Part shown: piece by piece, positions 36,837-47,671 of the stretch
Layout: every line of letters begins with the position of its first letter
Position numbering within the stretch: position 1 is the stretch's first letter
Assembly (NCBI GenBank): GCA_963743305.1
Contig: CAVUPH010000020.1
Coordinates: 64,001-128,000 of the forward strand
Reading direction: 5' to 3'
Origin: an uncultured delta proteobacterium
Lineage (GTDB): Bacteria; Desulfobacterota; RBG-13-43-22
DNA: 64,000 bases
Notes under the pieces: model-generated
The model's database searches: none
Told to the model about the DNA's origin: nothing
Seen by the model: only the letters and a program-made list of their open reading frames with translations
Program-made: the position numbers and the translations under genes

Positions 36837-39350
36837 TTAACCGGCCTTCGAGTCACCGAGTTTGCTGGAAACCGGTGAAGTCTTCCAAATGCGCTCGCAG
36901 TATTCCCGGATGGATCGGTCGGAGGAAAAATAGCCGATACGAGCGACATTGAGGATGGACAGGCGTGTCCAGTTCTCCCTGTCTTGATAGGCCAGGCTAA
37001 CCCTCTCCTGACAATCGATGTACGAGCGGTAATCGGCCAGGAGCATGAATTCGTCGTGGTCCAAGAGCGCGTTCACCAGCGGATGGAACAACCCGGGATT
37101 CTGAGGGGAGAAATAGCCGGAGTGGATCAGATCAAGGACCTCTTGGAGTTGATGATCCGCCTCATAATAGTCGCGCGCTCGATAACCACGGGATTTTACC
37201 TGGTCCACCTCGGCGGCGGTCAGACCAAAGAGAAAGAAATTTTCATGACCCACTTCGTTGCGGATTTCGATGTTCGCTCCGTCCAGTGTGCCAATAGTCA
37301 GGGCCCCATTCATCGCGAATTTCATGTTACCGGTACCGGAGGCCTCCATCCCCGCGGTGGAAATCTGCTCCGAAAGGTCGGCCGCCGGATAGACCCTCTG
37401 GGCGTTTTTAACATTGAAGTTGGGCAGGAAGATTACCTTTATTCGACCCTTGATCAGCGGATCTTGATTGACCGTTTCAGCTACGGAGGTGATCAATTTG
37501 ATCATCAGTTTGGCCATGGCGTAGCCGGGCGCGGCCTTGCCACCGAAAATAAAGGTGCGCGGCAACAGGTCAATATCCGGTGCTTGCCTCAACCGGTGAT
37601 AGAGGGTGAGAATGTGCAGGAGGTTCAGGTGTTGCCGCTTGTATTCGTGGATCCGCTTGGCCTGGATATCGAAAAGGGTGTCAGGATTGATGACCAGCCC
37701 TGTGAGGCGCAGTATCAGGGCGGCCAGTCCTTGTTTGTTTTGGAGTTTGATCTCCCTCCATTCCCGGCGGAAGGAAGGATCCTCAGCGGCCCCCTCAAGT
37801 TGCCGGAGTTCCTCAAGATGTTTGACCCACTGGTTTCCGATTCGGCGGGTGATCAGCTTGGCCAGACCGGGGTTGCTGAGCAGTAGAAAACGTCGGGGAG
37901 TGACACCGTTGGTCACATTGGTGAACTTCTCCGGTGAAAACTCCACGAAGTCGCGCAGGACACCGGATTTGAGCAGATCCGTATGCAGTTTGGCCACACC
38001 GTTGACGGAATGACTGCCCACGACCGCCAGATTAGCCATACGCACAAAACGCGGACCCTGCTCGTCGATCAGCGACATGCGGACTACCCGGGCCTCATCT
38101 CCGGGAAAGCGAAGCCGGACCTGGTCTAAAAACCTTTGGTTGATTTCATAGATAATCTCCAGGTGACGGGGCAGCAGGCTGCCGAAGAGCGGGAGGGGCC
38201 AACGCTCCAGCGCCTCCGGCAATAAGGTGTGATTGGTGTAACCCATCGTTTGCTGAGTAATCTGCCAGGCCTGTTCCCAGGGCAGGGCGTGCTCGTCAAT
38301 CAGCAGGCGCATGAGTTCAGCTACGGCGATGGACGGATGCGTGTCGTTAAGTTGCACGACCCACCGCTCGGGCAGTTGGTCCAGGGAACTGGCCCGTTGC
38401 AGATACATACGGATCATATCTTGCAGGGCGCAGGAGGCGAAAAAGTACTGTTGCTGAAGGCGGAGTTCCTTGCCTTGAAGGGATTCGTCGTTCGGATATA
38501 ACACCTTGGTGATGTTCTCGGAGACCACCTTTTCCATGACGGCCCTGAAGTAATCCCCGGTGTTGAAGGCCTGGAAATCGAAGGACTCAGCCGCTTCGGC
38601 TTTCCACAAGCGCAGTAGGTTCACGGTTTTCCCGCCATACCCGAGGACAGGCGTGTCGTAGGCCATCCCTTTGACCACGCGATCGGGAATCCAGCGAACG
38701 CGGTTTCTGCCGCCTTCGTTGTAGGTCTCGGTGCGTCCGCCCAGTTTGATGTCAAAGATTATTTCCGGTCGGGCGATTTCCCAAGGGTTGCCCAGCCGCA
38801 GCCATTTATCCGTGACCTCGACCTGCCAGCCGTCCCGGAGAGCCTGGTCGAAAATTCCAAACTCATAGCGGATGCCGTACCCGATGGCTGGGATCTGCAG
38901 GGTGGCCAGGGAGTCCAAAAAGCAGGCCGCCAGGCGTCCGAGGCCGCCGTTGCCCAACCCAGGTTCCCCCTCCTGTTCCAGCAATTCGTCCAAATCCAGA
39001 CCCAATTGCTTCATGGCTTCCCTTACCTGATCATAGATACCCAAGTTCACCAGGTTGTTGCCCAATTGCGGCCCCATTAAAAACTCAGCGGAGAGGTAAC
39101 ACACCGATCGGCTGCGCAGTTGATAATAAGTTTGGGCGGTATTGATCCAGCGATGCAGAAGACGGTCGCGGACTGAGTAGGCCAAGGCCACATATCTGTC
39201 GTTGAGGGTGGCCACCTCAGGAAATCGTGCGCAGAGATAGGCCAGATTGTCGGAAAAAGCCTGGGCGATCGTGGAAGGGCTCAGTCCGGAACGGATATCC
39301 TCGGGTTCAGACGGATTAATGGAAACGGGGTTATCAGTTTTTTGTTGCAT
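36837..39350 (-). CDS. glgP: Glycogen/starch phosphorylase
   Basis: LGNGGLGRLAAC, QLNDTHP, KRIHEYKRQ, EASGTGNMKF, FSSDRSI. Confidence 0.97.
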   Translation of the reverse strand: MQQKTDNPVSINPSEPEDIRSGLSPSTIAQAFSDNLAYLCARFPEVATLNDRYVALAYSVRDRLLHRWINTAQTYYQLRSRSVCYLSAEFLMGPQLGNNLVNLGIYDQVREAMKQLGLDLDELLEQEGEPGLGNGGLGRLAACFLDSLATLQIPAIGYGIRYEFGIFDQALRDGWQVEVTDKWLRLGNPWEIARPEIIFDIKLGGRTETYNEGGRNRVRWIPDRVVKGMAYDTPVLGYGGKTVNLLRLWKAEAAESFDFQAFNTGDYFRAVMEKVVSENITKVLYPNDESLQGKELRLQQQYFFASCALQDMIRMYLQRASSLDQLPERWVVQLNDTHPSIAVAELMRLLIDEHALPWEQAWQITQQTMGYTNHTLLPEALERWPLPLFGSLLPRHLEIIYEINQRFLDQVRLRFPGDEARVVRMSLIDEQGPRFVRMANLAVVGSHSVNGVAKLHTDLLKSGVLRDFVEFSPEKFTNVTNGVTPRRFLLLSNPGLAKLITRRIGNQWVKHLEELRQLEGAAEDPSFRREWREIKLQNKQGLAALILRLTGLVINPDTLFDIQAKRIHEYKRQHLNLLHILTLYHRLRQAPDIDLLPRTFIFGGKAAPGYAMAKLMIKLITSVAETVNQDPLIKGRIKVIFLPNFNVKNAQRVYPAADLSEQISTAGMEASGTGNMKFAMNGALTIGTLDGANIEIRNEVGHENFFLFGLTAAEVDQVKSRGYRARDYYEADHQLQEVLDLIHSGYFSPQNPGLFHPLVNALLDHDEFMLLADYRSYIDCQERVSLAYQDRENWTRLSILNVARIGYFSSDRSIREYCERIWKTSPVSSKLGDSKAG

Positions 39351-39404
39351 GCTGGCTTGGGAACTTCCTGGCTAACGATTATCGAGATTTTTATGTTTTT
39401 CAAA

Positions 39405-40406
39405 TTAAGCGGGTATCCGCACCCCCCTCAAAAATTCGGCGTCCTTTTCCGGCAACTGGGTATTGATGTACATCCCGGAACCCAGTTCAAAGCCGGCGGC
39501 TTTGGTCAGACGGGGGACGATGGCCATGTAAAAATGAAAATATTCAATATTCCCCTGGGGATCCGGCAGGGAGCGCAGGACATAGTTATAATCCGGGTCG
39601 TCCAGTCCGTAATACAATCGCTGCAGGGCCTGTTGGAGGGCGGAAGCCATATCCAAGAGTTCCGCTTCGGTCAGCGCGTCAAAGGAGGCCAGGTGTCGTC
39701 GCGGGAAAATCCAGGTATGGAACGGGGAGAGGGCCGCGTAGGGCACGAAGGCCACAAAGTGTTCGGTTTCCAAGACGATCCGGCCCCGGTCCTTCAGTTC
39801 TTCGGACAGAATCCGGCAGTAAAGACATTCGCCGGTATCGTCGTGGTATTTCTGGGCCTCTTCGATGCGGTGGCGGATCTGCGGGGGAATGACCGGGGTG
39901 CCCACAATTTGAGAATGGGGATGCTCCAGCGAAGTGCCGGCGGCCGCCCCGTTGTTCTTAAAAAGGATCACCGTTTTGACCCGCGGATCCTGATAAAATT
40001 GCCGGTATAAGGCCTGGTAGACCCGAAAGATGTCCTGCATCCCTGATAAGGGGATAACGGCCGGAAAGCCATTATGGAGGGGATTCTCGATAATCACGTC
40101 ATGGAGACCGACACCGGCCATGGTCCGTTTTATACCGTCCATCTGGCGTGACAGTTCCCCATCCCGGGCCAGGGCCGAGAATTTATTGGGGATGGAGCGT
40201 ACCTGCCAGGAATCACCGCTGCCAAGACGGTAGGTTTCCGGCGGGGTGAGGTGTTCGTGGCCGGGGCAAAAAGGACAGTTTTCCTTTAAATCCGGGAGTT
40301 GTCCCCGCACCACGCTTTTCTTGATAAAATCCTCCGGACGTTTAGCCCGCTCCGGAGCCATAATGACCCAGTCCTTGGTAACCAGATTGAAACGCAATTC
40401 GGGCAT
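39405..40406 (-). CDS. galT: Galactose-1-phosphate uridylyltransferase family (GalT/HIT-like)
   Basis: MPELR...WVI.APERAKRP, CPFCPG, GTSLEHPHSQ, AGFELGSG. Confidence 0.88.
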   Translation of the reverse strand: MPELRFNLVTKDWVIMAPERAKRPEDFIKKSVVRGQLPDLKENCPFCPGHEHLTPPETYRLGSGDSWQVRSIPNKFSALARDGELSRQMDGIKRTMAGVGLHDVIIENPLHNGFPAVIPLSGMQDIFRVYQALYRQFYQDPRVKTVILFKNNGAAAGTSLEHPHSQIVGTPVIPPQIRHRIEEAQKYHDDTGECLYCRILSEELKDRGRIVLETEHFVAFVPYAALSPFHTWIFPRRHLASFDALTEAELLDMASALQQALQRLYYGLDDPDYNYVLRSLPDPQGNIEYFHFYMAIVPRLTKAAGFELGSGMYINTQLPEKDAEFLRGVRIPA

Positions 40407-40661
40407 GGTATCCTCTTTGTCGATGTTCATTGCGGAGACGCAAAGAACGCAGAGGTTGAGTTCTTTGCAACCGGGGTAAGATGCGGCCGGTTGCAAAAAT
40501 AACCAGATTTCGACGGCTGACGCTCTACGTTCAATGCTTCGCAATCAGCGTATTTTACGACAAATTATACTATTTGGAAGGGAAAAGCTATTTAAAAGCC
40601 GGAGAAGGGGGAACCATGGCCCGGGGACCTTTCGGGGGTCAATTTCTCCCCCATTACTGAA

Positions 40662-40847
40662 TCAATTAATGGACTTGGTACTTAGGGCGCCAAAAACTTC
40701 ATCCACATAAAGGGTACAGATTATCTTGTGCCGATTGTTGCAGTGTAAGGTCTTAGGGCTCAATTCCAGCCAAAGACAATGCTGGCATTGGGGATCAGGC
40801 ATTTTCAGGTTCAGGCAAGGCATCCATTCCCGAGCTTTTTCCTCCAT
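40662..40847 (-). CDS. Small Cys-rich hypothetical protein
   Basis: 61 aa with C..CQHC..C..C pattern; purine-rich RBS AAGGAAGGGG. Confidence 0.45.
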   Translation of the reverse strand: MEEKAREWMPCLNLKMPDPQCQHCLWLELSPKTLHCNNRHKIICTLYVDEVFGALSTKSIN

Positions 40848-40935
40848 AACGACTTCCCCTTCCTTTATCTTGTACCTGATTTCTCTATACTATACAAGAT
40901 GTGGGGTGTCAAATAAATTATACTTCACTAACATT

Positions 40936-41052
40936 TAAAATTAACCTCTTAGGCCCGGATTCGAAGTCCGGACTACCCTTGAAAAACCCTTTCGCCGAGA
41001 CCCGGCGGCCATACCAGATCTGGGGGGTACCCACCCAAAAGGGCGAAGCGTC
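40936..41052. repeat. Repeat family D, full copy
   Basis: TAAAATTAACC..AGGCCCGGATTCGAAGTCCGGA..CCCTTTCGCCGAGACCCGGCGGCCA..CCAGATC..GGTACCCACCCAAAAGGGCGAAGCGTC. Confidence 0.85.
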
Positions 41053-41068
41053 AAATATTTTGGGGGGG

Positions 41069-42037
41069 TTATTGACTGGGAGGTTCAACCGGTGGCAGAC
41101 CTTCAGCGTGAGGGGAGGCGAGGCCTTTAGGACTTTTTATCCAGTCCTTGAAATTTTTTTCGCAATTCACTGATTTTCCAGGAGGAATTTTTAATTGATG
41201 GATCCCGGCCGCTAGGGTATAGCCCTGCAGTTCCACATTCAATTCTTTAAGTTCTTTATAGAACGACCCGCAGCCACGGGCTAAATCCCGGAGGTGGACT
41301 GGGTAGGGCAAATTAAAGGTGACCAGGTCAAATACCTCGGGATAATAGGCATACCCGTCCGGCAGTTGGTACCCGTAACTAACCGGGTCGCTTAAAATGA
41401 CTTTGGCCGTTAGAATTCGAAAAATATAGCGTTCAGTTTCCTGGGGCAAATCCAGACGGTAATAATCGGTTTCTCCCTGCTGGCTGATTTCTTCCTTGAC
41501 CCGTTCTTCTCCGCAATTGTAAGCCGCCATGGCCAGATTCCATTTGCCGAAGAGATTATAGAGCAATTTCAGATAAGACAGGGCCGCCTCCGTGGATTTG
41601 GCCAAGTCCAACCGTTCGTCAATTTGGGAATTTTTGCGCAGATTAAAACGTTTGCCGGTTTTCTCCATAAATTGCCAGTGGCCGGCCGCCCCCTTGTTGG
41701 AAAAAACCACGGGGCGCATGGCGCTTTCGGCGACCAGGAGGTATTTCAGGTCGTCCGGCATCCCTTTGGCCTTCAACTGGCTTTCGATAAAAGGAAAAAA
41801 ACGGGTGCTGCGTTTGAGCCAAAGGTAAACCTGGGCCTGGTCATGAACGGCCATGGTGAATTCCCGATCCATCATCTCCCAGAATTTTCGTTCCTGCAGC
41901 GGGACCGGTTCCCCGCAGAGGGTCAGGTTGGTCGGAAAGCTGTAGTAAGGCTGCTGGGCCTCCAGGGCAAGCGGAAAGAGCAGGGCGCTTAGGCAAAGAA
42001 AAGGCCAGAAATAAAGCCTGTTTATGGGCAGATGCAT
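41069..42037 (-). CDS. Lytic transglycosylase (SLT/MltD-like)
   Basis: Signal peptide; PDDLKYL.VAES, GAAGHWQFM, DERLD..KST.AA, AAYNCG, PQETERY. Confidence 0.92.
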   Translation of the reverse strand: MHLPINRLYFWPFLCLSALLFPLALEAQQPYYSFPTNLTLCGEPVPLQERKFWEMMDREFTMAVHDQAQVYLWLKRSTRFFPFIESQLKAKGMPDDLKYLLVAESAMRPVVFSNKGAAGHWQFMEKTGKRFNLRKNSQIDERLDLAKSTEAALSYLKLLYNLFGKWNLAMAAYNCGEERVKEEISQQGETDYYRLDLPQETERYIFRILTAKVILSDPVSYGYQLPDGYAYYPEVFDLVTFNLPYPVHLRDLARGCGSFYKELKELNVELQGYTLAAGIHQLKIPPGKSVNCEKNFKDWIKSPKGLASPHAEGLPPVEPPSQ

Positions 42038-42127
42038 TCGTTATACCCTTATTTTAATTCTAACCCAAAATACTTGTTCATCAGGTGTTAGAGAAAAATT
42101 CTCAGAATGAAATATGTAAAAAACTAA

Positions 42128-43129
42128 TCAATCAGACGGATTGAAGTGGTCGAACCCGGTTTCTTTCAGGAGACGGACCCTTTTGGGAAATTTGATAAAT
42201 ATCTTTTGGCCGGAAGTGATTTCCCCGATCGGGTATACCGGTCGCTTAAATTGTTTTACTACCCGGGTTTCCACCTTTTCGGCCAGATCCTTCGGGACGG
42301 AAAAGAGCAACTGATAGTCCTCACCGCCCGTCAAGGCCAACTCCAGCGGGGCGGTTCTCAGCAGGTCGGCGGCGCTCCTGAGGGCCGGGGAGAGGGGGAT
42401 TTGGTCCGCGTCCAGTACGGCGCCCACTCCGCTGGCTCGGCAAATATGCCGGAGGTCGGAAGCCAGCCCGTCGGACAGGTCAATCATGGCCCTTACCAAC
42501 CGATGCCGGACTAAAAAATGGCCTAAGGCGACCTGGGGCTCCGGGTCCTGATGGGCCTTAAGGAGTTCGCGAAAGACCCCCGGTCTTAATGACGGCGGGT
42601 GCTTTTGGAATTTCGTCAGGAGCCTGAATCCTGCCGCGGATTGACCCAGGGTGCCGCTGACGTAAAGGCGGTCCCCGACTTTGGCTCCGGAACGGTAAGC
42701 AATCGTGCCGGCGGCTTCCCCGATTACGGTCAGGCCAATGGCGATTCGCTGTGGTGATTGATGGGTGTCTCCCCCGGCCAGGGCCACGGAGAATCTTTCG
42801 GCCTCTTCCTTAAGTCCTTTGATAAAGGGAGAGAGGAAACCCCGGGGGACCGGCCTGGGCAATCCCAGATTTAGAAAAGCAAAGCGGGGAATTCCCCCCA
42901 TGGCGGCGATGTCGCTCAGGTTGACAGCCAGACACTTTTTTCCTAGACGGAAGGGTGGATTGGTTTCCAGACGAAAGTGGACTCCCTCCACCAAGGCATC
43001 GGTGGTGACCAGCCATGGTTGGCCTGCGGTCCGGAGGACGGCGCAGTCGTCGCCTATGCCCTGAATCATTCCCGGGAAGGGGCGGCCAAAAGCCTTTCGA
43101 AAAAGGTTGATTATCGCTGATTCGTTCAA
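42128..43129 (-). CDS. thiL: Thiamine-phosphate kinase
   Basis: GIGDDCA, TTDALVEGVHF, AVNLSDIAAMGG, IDLSDGL, GGEDYQL. Confidence 0.96.
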   Translation of the reverse strand: MNESAIINLFRKAFGRPFPGMIQGIGDDCAVLRTAGQPWLVTTDALVEGVHFRLETNPPFRLGKKCLAVNLSDIAAMGGIPRFAFLNLGLPRPVPRGFLSPFIKGLKEEAERFSVALAGGDTHQSPQRIAIGLTVIGEAAGTIAYRSGAKVGDRLYVSGTLGQSAAGFRLLTKFQKHPPSLRPGVFRELLKAHQDPEPQVALGHFLVRHRLVRAMIDLSDGLASDLRHICRASGVGAVLDADQIPLSPALRSAADLLRTAPLELALTGGEDYQLLFSVPKDLAEKVETRVVKQFKRPVYPIGEITSGQKIFIKFPKRVRLLKETGFDHFNPSD

Positions 43130-43546
43130 TTAGCCTACCATCTCCAGGGCGTTGAAAAAATAGCCCATTTCATATTGGGCCGTCTCTGGAGCGTCGGAGC
43201 CGTGGACGATATTCTGCTCGATACTGCCGGCAAAATCGGCCCGGATGGTCCCGGGGTCGGCTTTTTTAAAGTCCGTAGCGCCCATTAAGCGGCGGTTTTT
43301 CTCGATGGCCCCTTCGCCCTCCAGGATCAGCACTACACAGGGTCCGGAAGACATGAAGTCGGTCAGACTCTCAAAAAAAGGACGTTCTCGGTGGACCGCG
43401 TAAAAACCTTGGGCCTGGGTTTTGGACATTTGGATCATTTTCAGGGCCGCGATCTTCAGGCCGTTGGCTTCAAACCGTTTAAGCACTTCCCCGACGAGCC
43501 CTTTGGCCACGCCGTCGGGCTTGATGATGGATAAGGTTCGTTCCAT
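43130..43546 (-). CDS. ndk: Nucleoside diphosphate kinase
   Basis: [27 protein letters not shown]. Confidence 0.98.
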   Translation of the reverse strand: MERTLSIIKPDGVAKGLVGEVLKRFEANGLKIAALKMIQMSKTQAQGFYAVHRERPFFESLTDFMSSGPCVVLILEGEGAIEKNRRLMGATDFKKADPGTIRADFAGSIEQNIVHGSDAPETAQYEMGYFFNALEMVG

Positions 43547-43685
43547 GTGGATCTCCTTTGCTGAGGTTTACCTGCTTTGAGATGAGTCTAGCTGAATAGA
43601 CCGAAAAGTGTCAAGGCTTTCAGGGGTTGAACAAGTCTGCTCCGCCATCGGCCGAAAAATAAGGGGGATTCTCGAGGCAAGCCTT

Positions 43686-44486
43686 TTATTTGATAAATGC
43701 TCCGATCATCCTCCGGAACTCCCCCGAAAAGACCATGATGGCCTGGTTGCGGTTTTCGAGGTTCAGGGCGGAATCCAGGGAGGCCGCCGTGAGGTTTTGC
43801 TCAAGTGCCCGTTTGGTTAACTTGAGGCCGCCTACGGTCTTGGCGGTCATCATTCGGGCATAGGACAGGGCGGACTCCAACAGGTTCTCGGCGGGAGCCA
43901 CCTGACTGACCAGCCCGATCCTCTCGGCCTCCTCGCCGAAAACCTTCCGACCGGTGAGCAGAATGTCCGCCGCTCTGGAAATTCCGACCATCCGAGGAAG
44001 CAGGAAGGAACTGCCCATCTCCCCGCCCGACAACCCAATGTTGATAAAGGAGGCCACGAAATAGGCTTCGGGGGCGCAGATTCGGATGTCGGCGGCCAGG
44101 GCGATGGCCATCCCGCCGCCGGCCGCGGCCCCGTTTACCGCGGCGATCACCGGCTGTCGAAGGCCCCGCAATTTCGACACCAATCCCGAATATTTTTCCT
44201 GCACTAGTCTCAGAAAGGACTCGGGATCGGCAAAGGACTCGGTTTGCGCCCGGGTGGCGACTTCTTTCAGGTCGGCTCCGGCGCAAAATCCGCGTCCGGC
44301 ACCGCTGATCAGAAGCACGCGGATGGCATCCTCCCGGTCGAGATGTCGCAGCAGCTCATCAAAGTCATCAAGCATGCGGTCGTTGATGGCGTTGAGCCGG
44401 TCCGGACGATTCAGGGTCACCAGCCCGATCTGCGGTTCGATTTCCTTAAAAGTAAGTGTTTCCAAGATGGGGATTGATGTACTCAT
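43686..44486 (-). CDS. Enoyl-CoA hydratase/isomerase family protein
   Basis: LNRPDRLNA, FCAGADL, AAVNGAAAGGG, DIRI, ERIGLV. Confidence 0.92.
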   Translation of the reverse strand: MSTSIPILETLTFKEIEPQIGLVTLNRPDRLNAINDRMLDDFDELLRHLDREDAIRVLLISGAGRGFCAGADLKEVATRAQTESFADPESFLRLVQEKYSGLVSKLRGLRQPVIAAVNGAAAGGGMAIALAADIRICAPEAYFVASFINIGLSGGEMGSSFLLPRMVGISRAADILLTGRKVFGEEAERIGLVSQVAPAENLLESALSYARMMTAKTVGGLKLTKRALEQNLTAASLDSALNLENRNQAIMVFSGEFRRMIGAFIK

Positions 44487-44560
44487 GGAGGCCTCATTAG
44501 GTGGTCATTCTCGTAGTCTTAACATCTGCTACTTTAAGGTTCATCCAAAGATTTCTCGCA

Positions 44561-44646
44561 CTGTCATTGCGAGGAACGAAGCGACGAAGCAATCCCCTAA
44601 TCAGCGTCTCGACTTACCCAAGCTCGATCGGGGGAAGCAATGACAG
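44561..44646. repeat. Repeat family B, degenerate copy 3
   Basis: CTGTCATTGCGAGGAACGAAGCGACGAAGCAATCCCC...GCAATGACAG. Confidence 0.8.
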
Positions 44647-44818
44647 AGGTATCAGATTTATTTTCGTATTAAACCCCCATGCCCGGGGCGGGCACCCCGA
44701 AGCATGAAAACAAAGGGAGCAGACATAATCCTAAGTTTTTGACATTAATAATTTATAATCAATTGTTCATTATTAATTATTGATGAATGCCCGAGTGACG
44801 CCAGGTTCTATTTTCGTA

Positions 44819-46165
44819 CTAAATCTTCCAAGGCAGCAGCCCTTTCATGGTCCTGCCGATCTGTTGCAGCCAGGATTGAGAATAGATGTAATTCACCATC
44901 AGACCGCAGGATTCGGCCAGGCCTTTCGCGGAGCGGTTGGCCCCGAAGTTGATATGGTTGGGGCTCACCGTGGCGCCGTTGCCCAAATGAAAATTCGCTA
45001 CCGGATTCAAAGGGCGCCCGCGTTTGTTTTTTTCTTGGGTCAAGTAGAAGTAGACGAGCTCGTTCAAGGGTTTCCGGATTAGGTTGGAAAATTCCTGTTG
45101 TTCAATCCAGTCCGTACGGCGTAACACCTGATAGAGCGCCTCCCGCAGATCGCCTGTTTCCTGACCGGTAATCCGGCGACCTTGGTCCAAGATTTGAGGA
45201 CGAAGCTTTTCCGGGAAAAAGTTTATCAAACGTTCCGGGGTAAGCGCAAAATGAACCGGTTCTCCTTGGAGGCAAGGTTCTAAATACCGTTCCCAGAAAC
45301 CCGGGACAGGACTCAGGGTGGCATACGTTTTTATGTCGGGGTTGTCTTTTTTCAAGGCCTCCACGACCTGGAAAATAAGGACTTTCCCCAGTCCCAGTCC
45401 GGCTAGACCATTCTGGGTATTGTTGATGGAATAGAAGATCGCGGAGTCAGGGGCCTTGACGCGCCGGCCCGGGGCCGCTGCCTCGCCGAGGATTTCGTCA
45501 ATGGACCGGGCCAACCCCCGGGTCAGCGCCACTTCGATGAACACCACCGGTTCCTGAGGTAGCGCCCGGTGATAAAGGGCAAAGCAGCGGCGGTCGGTTC
45601 CCAGACGCCGGCCCATTTCTTCCAGATCGGCCATGGGATGGACCAAGTCGCGGTCTTTTAAAAACCGGATTTGACGGAAAGGAGAATCCTGGGTGATTTC
45701 CTGAAGGACCAATAGACCCTGTTGAAACAGTAGGTTAAAGAGGGTGACGATGTCTTCGTCCAGGTATTCCAGATTCAGGGTAGTTTGCCGCTGGGTGGCC
45801 AACAAGTCTACCCGAAAGTCCAATAGAAATTTCAGGCCTCCAGGAAGATTCAGGAAGGGCGCAAAGAGCTGCCGATAAGGGGGGTCGATTTTCCGGCGCA
45901 GTTCGACCATCTGACGCTGCCAGTTGTCGGATCGGTCATCCGGCTCGGTCAACAGGGACTCCAGATTCGGGGCAATCTGATCTTTGGAGATTTGAAAAGT
46001 CAGAACCAGCGTTTCAAAGAAGGAGCCCCGATCATCCCGGTTCACCACGACATATTGGTTTTGAAATCTTTTGAGCAGGTCAAGGGAAGGTTCCTTCAAG
46101 TTTCGGATTTCCTTCAGCAGATTGATGAGTTCCTTAACCTTTTTATTGGTGGATCGGTCCGGCAT
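44819..46165 (-). CDS. Malonyl-CoA decarboxylase family protein
   Basis: GGLKFL.D.R.DL, DRRCFA..H...EP..FIEVAL, AIFYSI, ATLSPVPGF, NPVANFHLGNGA, GLMVNY.Y. Confidence 0.9.
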   Translation of the reverse strand: MPDRSTNKKVKELINLLKEIRNLKEPSLDLLKRFQNQYVVVNRDDRGSFFETLVLTFQISKDQIAPNLESLLTEPDDRSDNWQRQMVELRRKIDPPYRQLFAPFLNLPGGLKFLLDFRVDLLATQRQTTLNLEYLDEDIVTLFNLLFQQGLLVLQEITQDSPFRQIRFLKDRDLVHPMADLEEMGRRLGTDRRCFALYHRALPQEPVVFIEVALTRGLARSIDEILGEAAAPGRRVKAPDSAIFYSINNTQNGLAGLGLGKVLIFQVVEALKKDNPDIKTYATLSPVPGFWERYLEPCLQGEPVHFALTPERLINFFPEKLRPQILDQGRRITGQETGDLREALYQVLRRTDWIEQQEFSNLIRKPLNELVYFYLTQEKNKRGRPLNPVANFHLGNGATVSPNHINFGANRSAKGLAESCGLMVNYIYSQSWLQQIGRTMKGLLPWKI

Positions 46166-46396
46166 CCTTGGTCCCTGGACTTTTATAGTTTTGGCGCTTT
46201 CTTCTGATATCGATTTCTGTGGATGGTAATGTATTATGGACCACTCAGGTTGTCAACCCCGGTTTAAATCCAGCCTTGACCTTTTCAAAAAAATGAGGCG
46301 TTATGGGATGAAGGACGAGGGCCTAAGCTGCCTATGGGCTACAGAAAGACAGCCACGGCCTTCCCAGGCCGATTATTTTTACCAGGAGGCGGAATC

Positions 46397-47275
46397 TTGC
46401 CGACCGATTATTTTTTTTCCGGAGTGGACGGGGACTTCCATTACTTGGACTGGGGAGGTGAAGGACCGCTGCTGCATCTGGCCCACGCCACCGGCTACTG
46501 CGCCGGGGTCTATACTCCGCTGGCTGAAAGGTTGACTGCCAAATTGAGGGTGTTGGGGTTGGATGACCGCGGCCATGGGAAAACCTCGGTTCCGGCCGAT
46601 CCTCGGAAATTAAAGAATTGGAAGATATTCACGGAGGATCTGGCAGCCTTCATTCAAAGGCAGGGGAGCCCGCTGGTGGCCCTGGGCCACTCCCGGGGCG
46701 GGACGGTCAGCCTGATGCTGGCGGTGCAGTACCCGGAGTTGGTGCGCGCGCTCATATTGATCGATCCCACCATCCTGCCTTTCTCCTGGATGTGGTGGTG
46801 GTACCTGGCCAAAAAAACGGGTGCGGCTCGTTTTGTCCCGATTGCCTACCGTGCGGCCGGAAGACGGCGGATTTGGCCGGACCGGGAGACGATTTTTCAA
46901 TCCTATCGGCGCAAGGAGTCCATGAAACGCTGGGACGAAGCCTTCTTGAAGGCCTATGTGGAAGAAGGTACGGCCGAAACGGCTGACGGTCGGATTTCCT
47001 GGCGTTGTGCTCCCTCCTGGGAAGCCCGCTGTTTCGCCGTCTGCCCCCACGACGTCTGGCAATTCGTTCCGCAGGTCCGTTGCCCGACCCTGGTGCTTTA
47101 TGGACGAGAATCGGACACCTTCCTGAGGCCGGCCGCCGAGCGTTTTAAAAGAAAACTGCCTTCGGTCGAATTGGTCGGGATGGAACATACCAGCCACTTC
47201 GTCCCCATGGAAAGACCCGAGGAAACGACGACGGCCATATTTGAATTCTTAAGGCATAATCGAATAATAACCTGA
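46397..47275 (+). CDS. Alpha/beta fold hydrolase
   Basis: HATG, D.RGHG, nucleophile GHSRGG, SHFVPME.P; TTG start after AGGAGG. Confidence 0.88.
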   Translation: MPTDYFFSGVDGDFHYLDWGGEGPLLHLAHATGYCAGVYTPLAERLTAKLRVLGLDDRGHGKTSVPADPRKLKNWKIFTEDLAAFIQRQGSPLVALGHSRGGTVSLMLAVQYPELVRALILIDPTILPFSWMWWWYLAKKTGAARFVPIAYRAAGRRRIWPDRETIFQSYRRKESMKRWDEAFLKAYVEEGTAETADGRISWRCAPSWEARCFAVCPHDVWQFVPQVRCPTLVLYGRESDTFLRPAAERFKRKLPSVELVGMEHTSHFVPMERPEETTTAIFEFLRHNRIIT

Positions 47276-47279
47276 TCGA

Positions 47280-47504
47280 TTAAGCCGATTTCCGGGTAAG
47301 TGTTGGGTCGATCTCAAGTTCATATTTTAAGATGGTCCTGATATTTATTTTATGGGAGGCATTGAGTATTTCTATCCCCACAATTTTATCATCTTTTGTG
47401 GTGTCTAGATTAACCCCTTCAGAAATTTCAATCACGCCGTCCGGTTTTTGATTGCCGAGTTTAATATATACGGCATCAGCCTCATGGTCATAATGGACTC
47501 TCAT
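47280..47504 (-). CDS. DUF2283 family protein (putative antitoxin)
   Basis: MRVHYD.EADAVYIKL...IVGIEILNAS. Confidence 0.85.
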   Translation of the reverse strand: MRVHYDHEADAVYIKLGNQKPDGVIEISEGVNLDTTKDDKIVGIEILNASHKINIRTILKYELEIDPTLTRKSA

Positions 47505-47671
47505 TATTGAACCCTTTCCATGACAATTTGGTAAACCATAAGGGTCCCCTCTTGAGGTGTAAAAAAATCAGATCTAGCTTGTAGCTGTTTAAATTTAAGG
47601 GAAAAACAGAGGAGAGAAGCGACGAAGCAATCCCCCGGTGAGTCTATACTGTTTCATCGGACACTGTGGAT

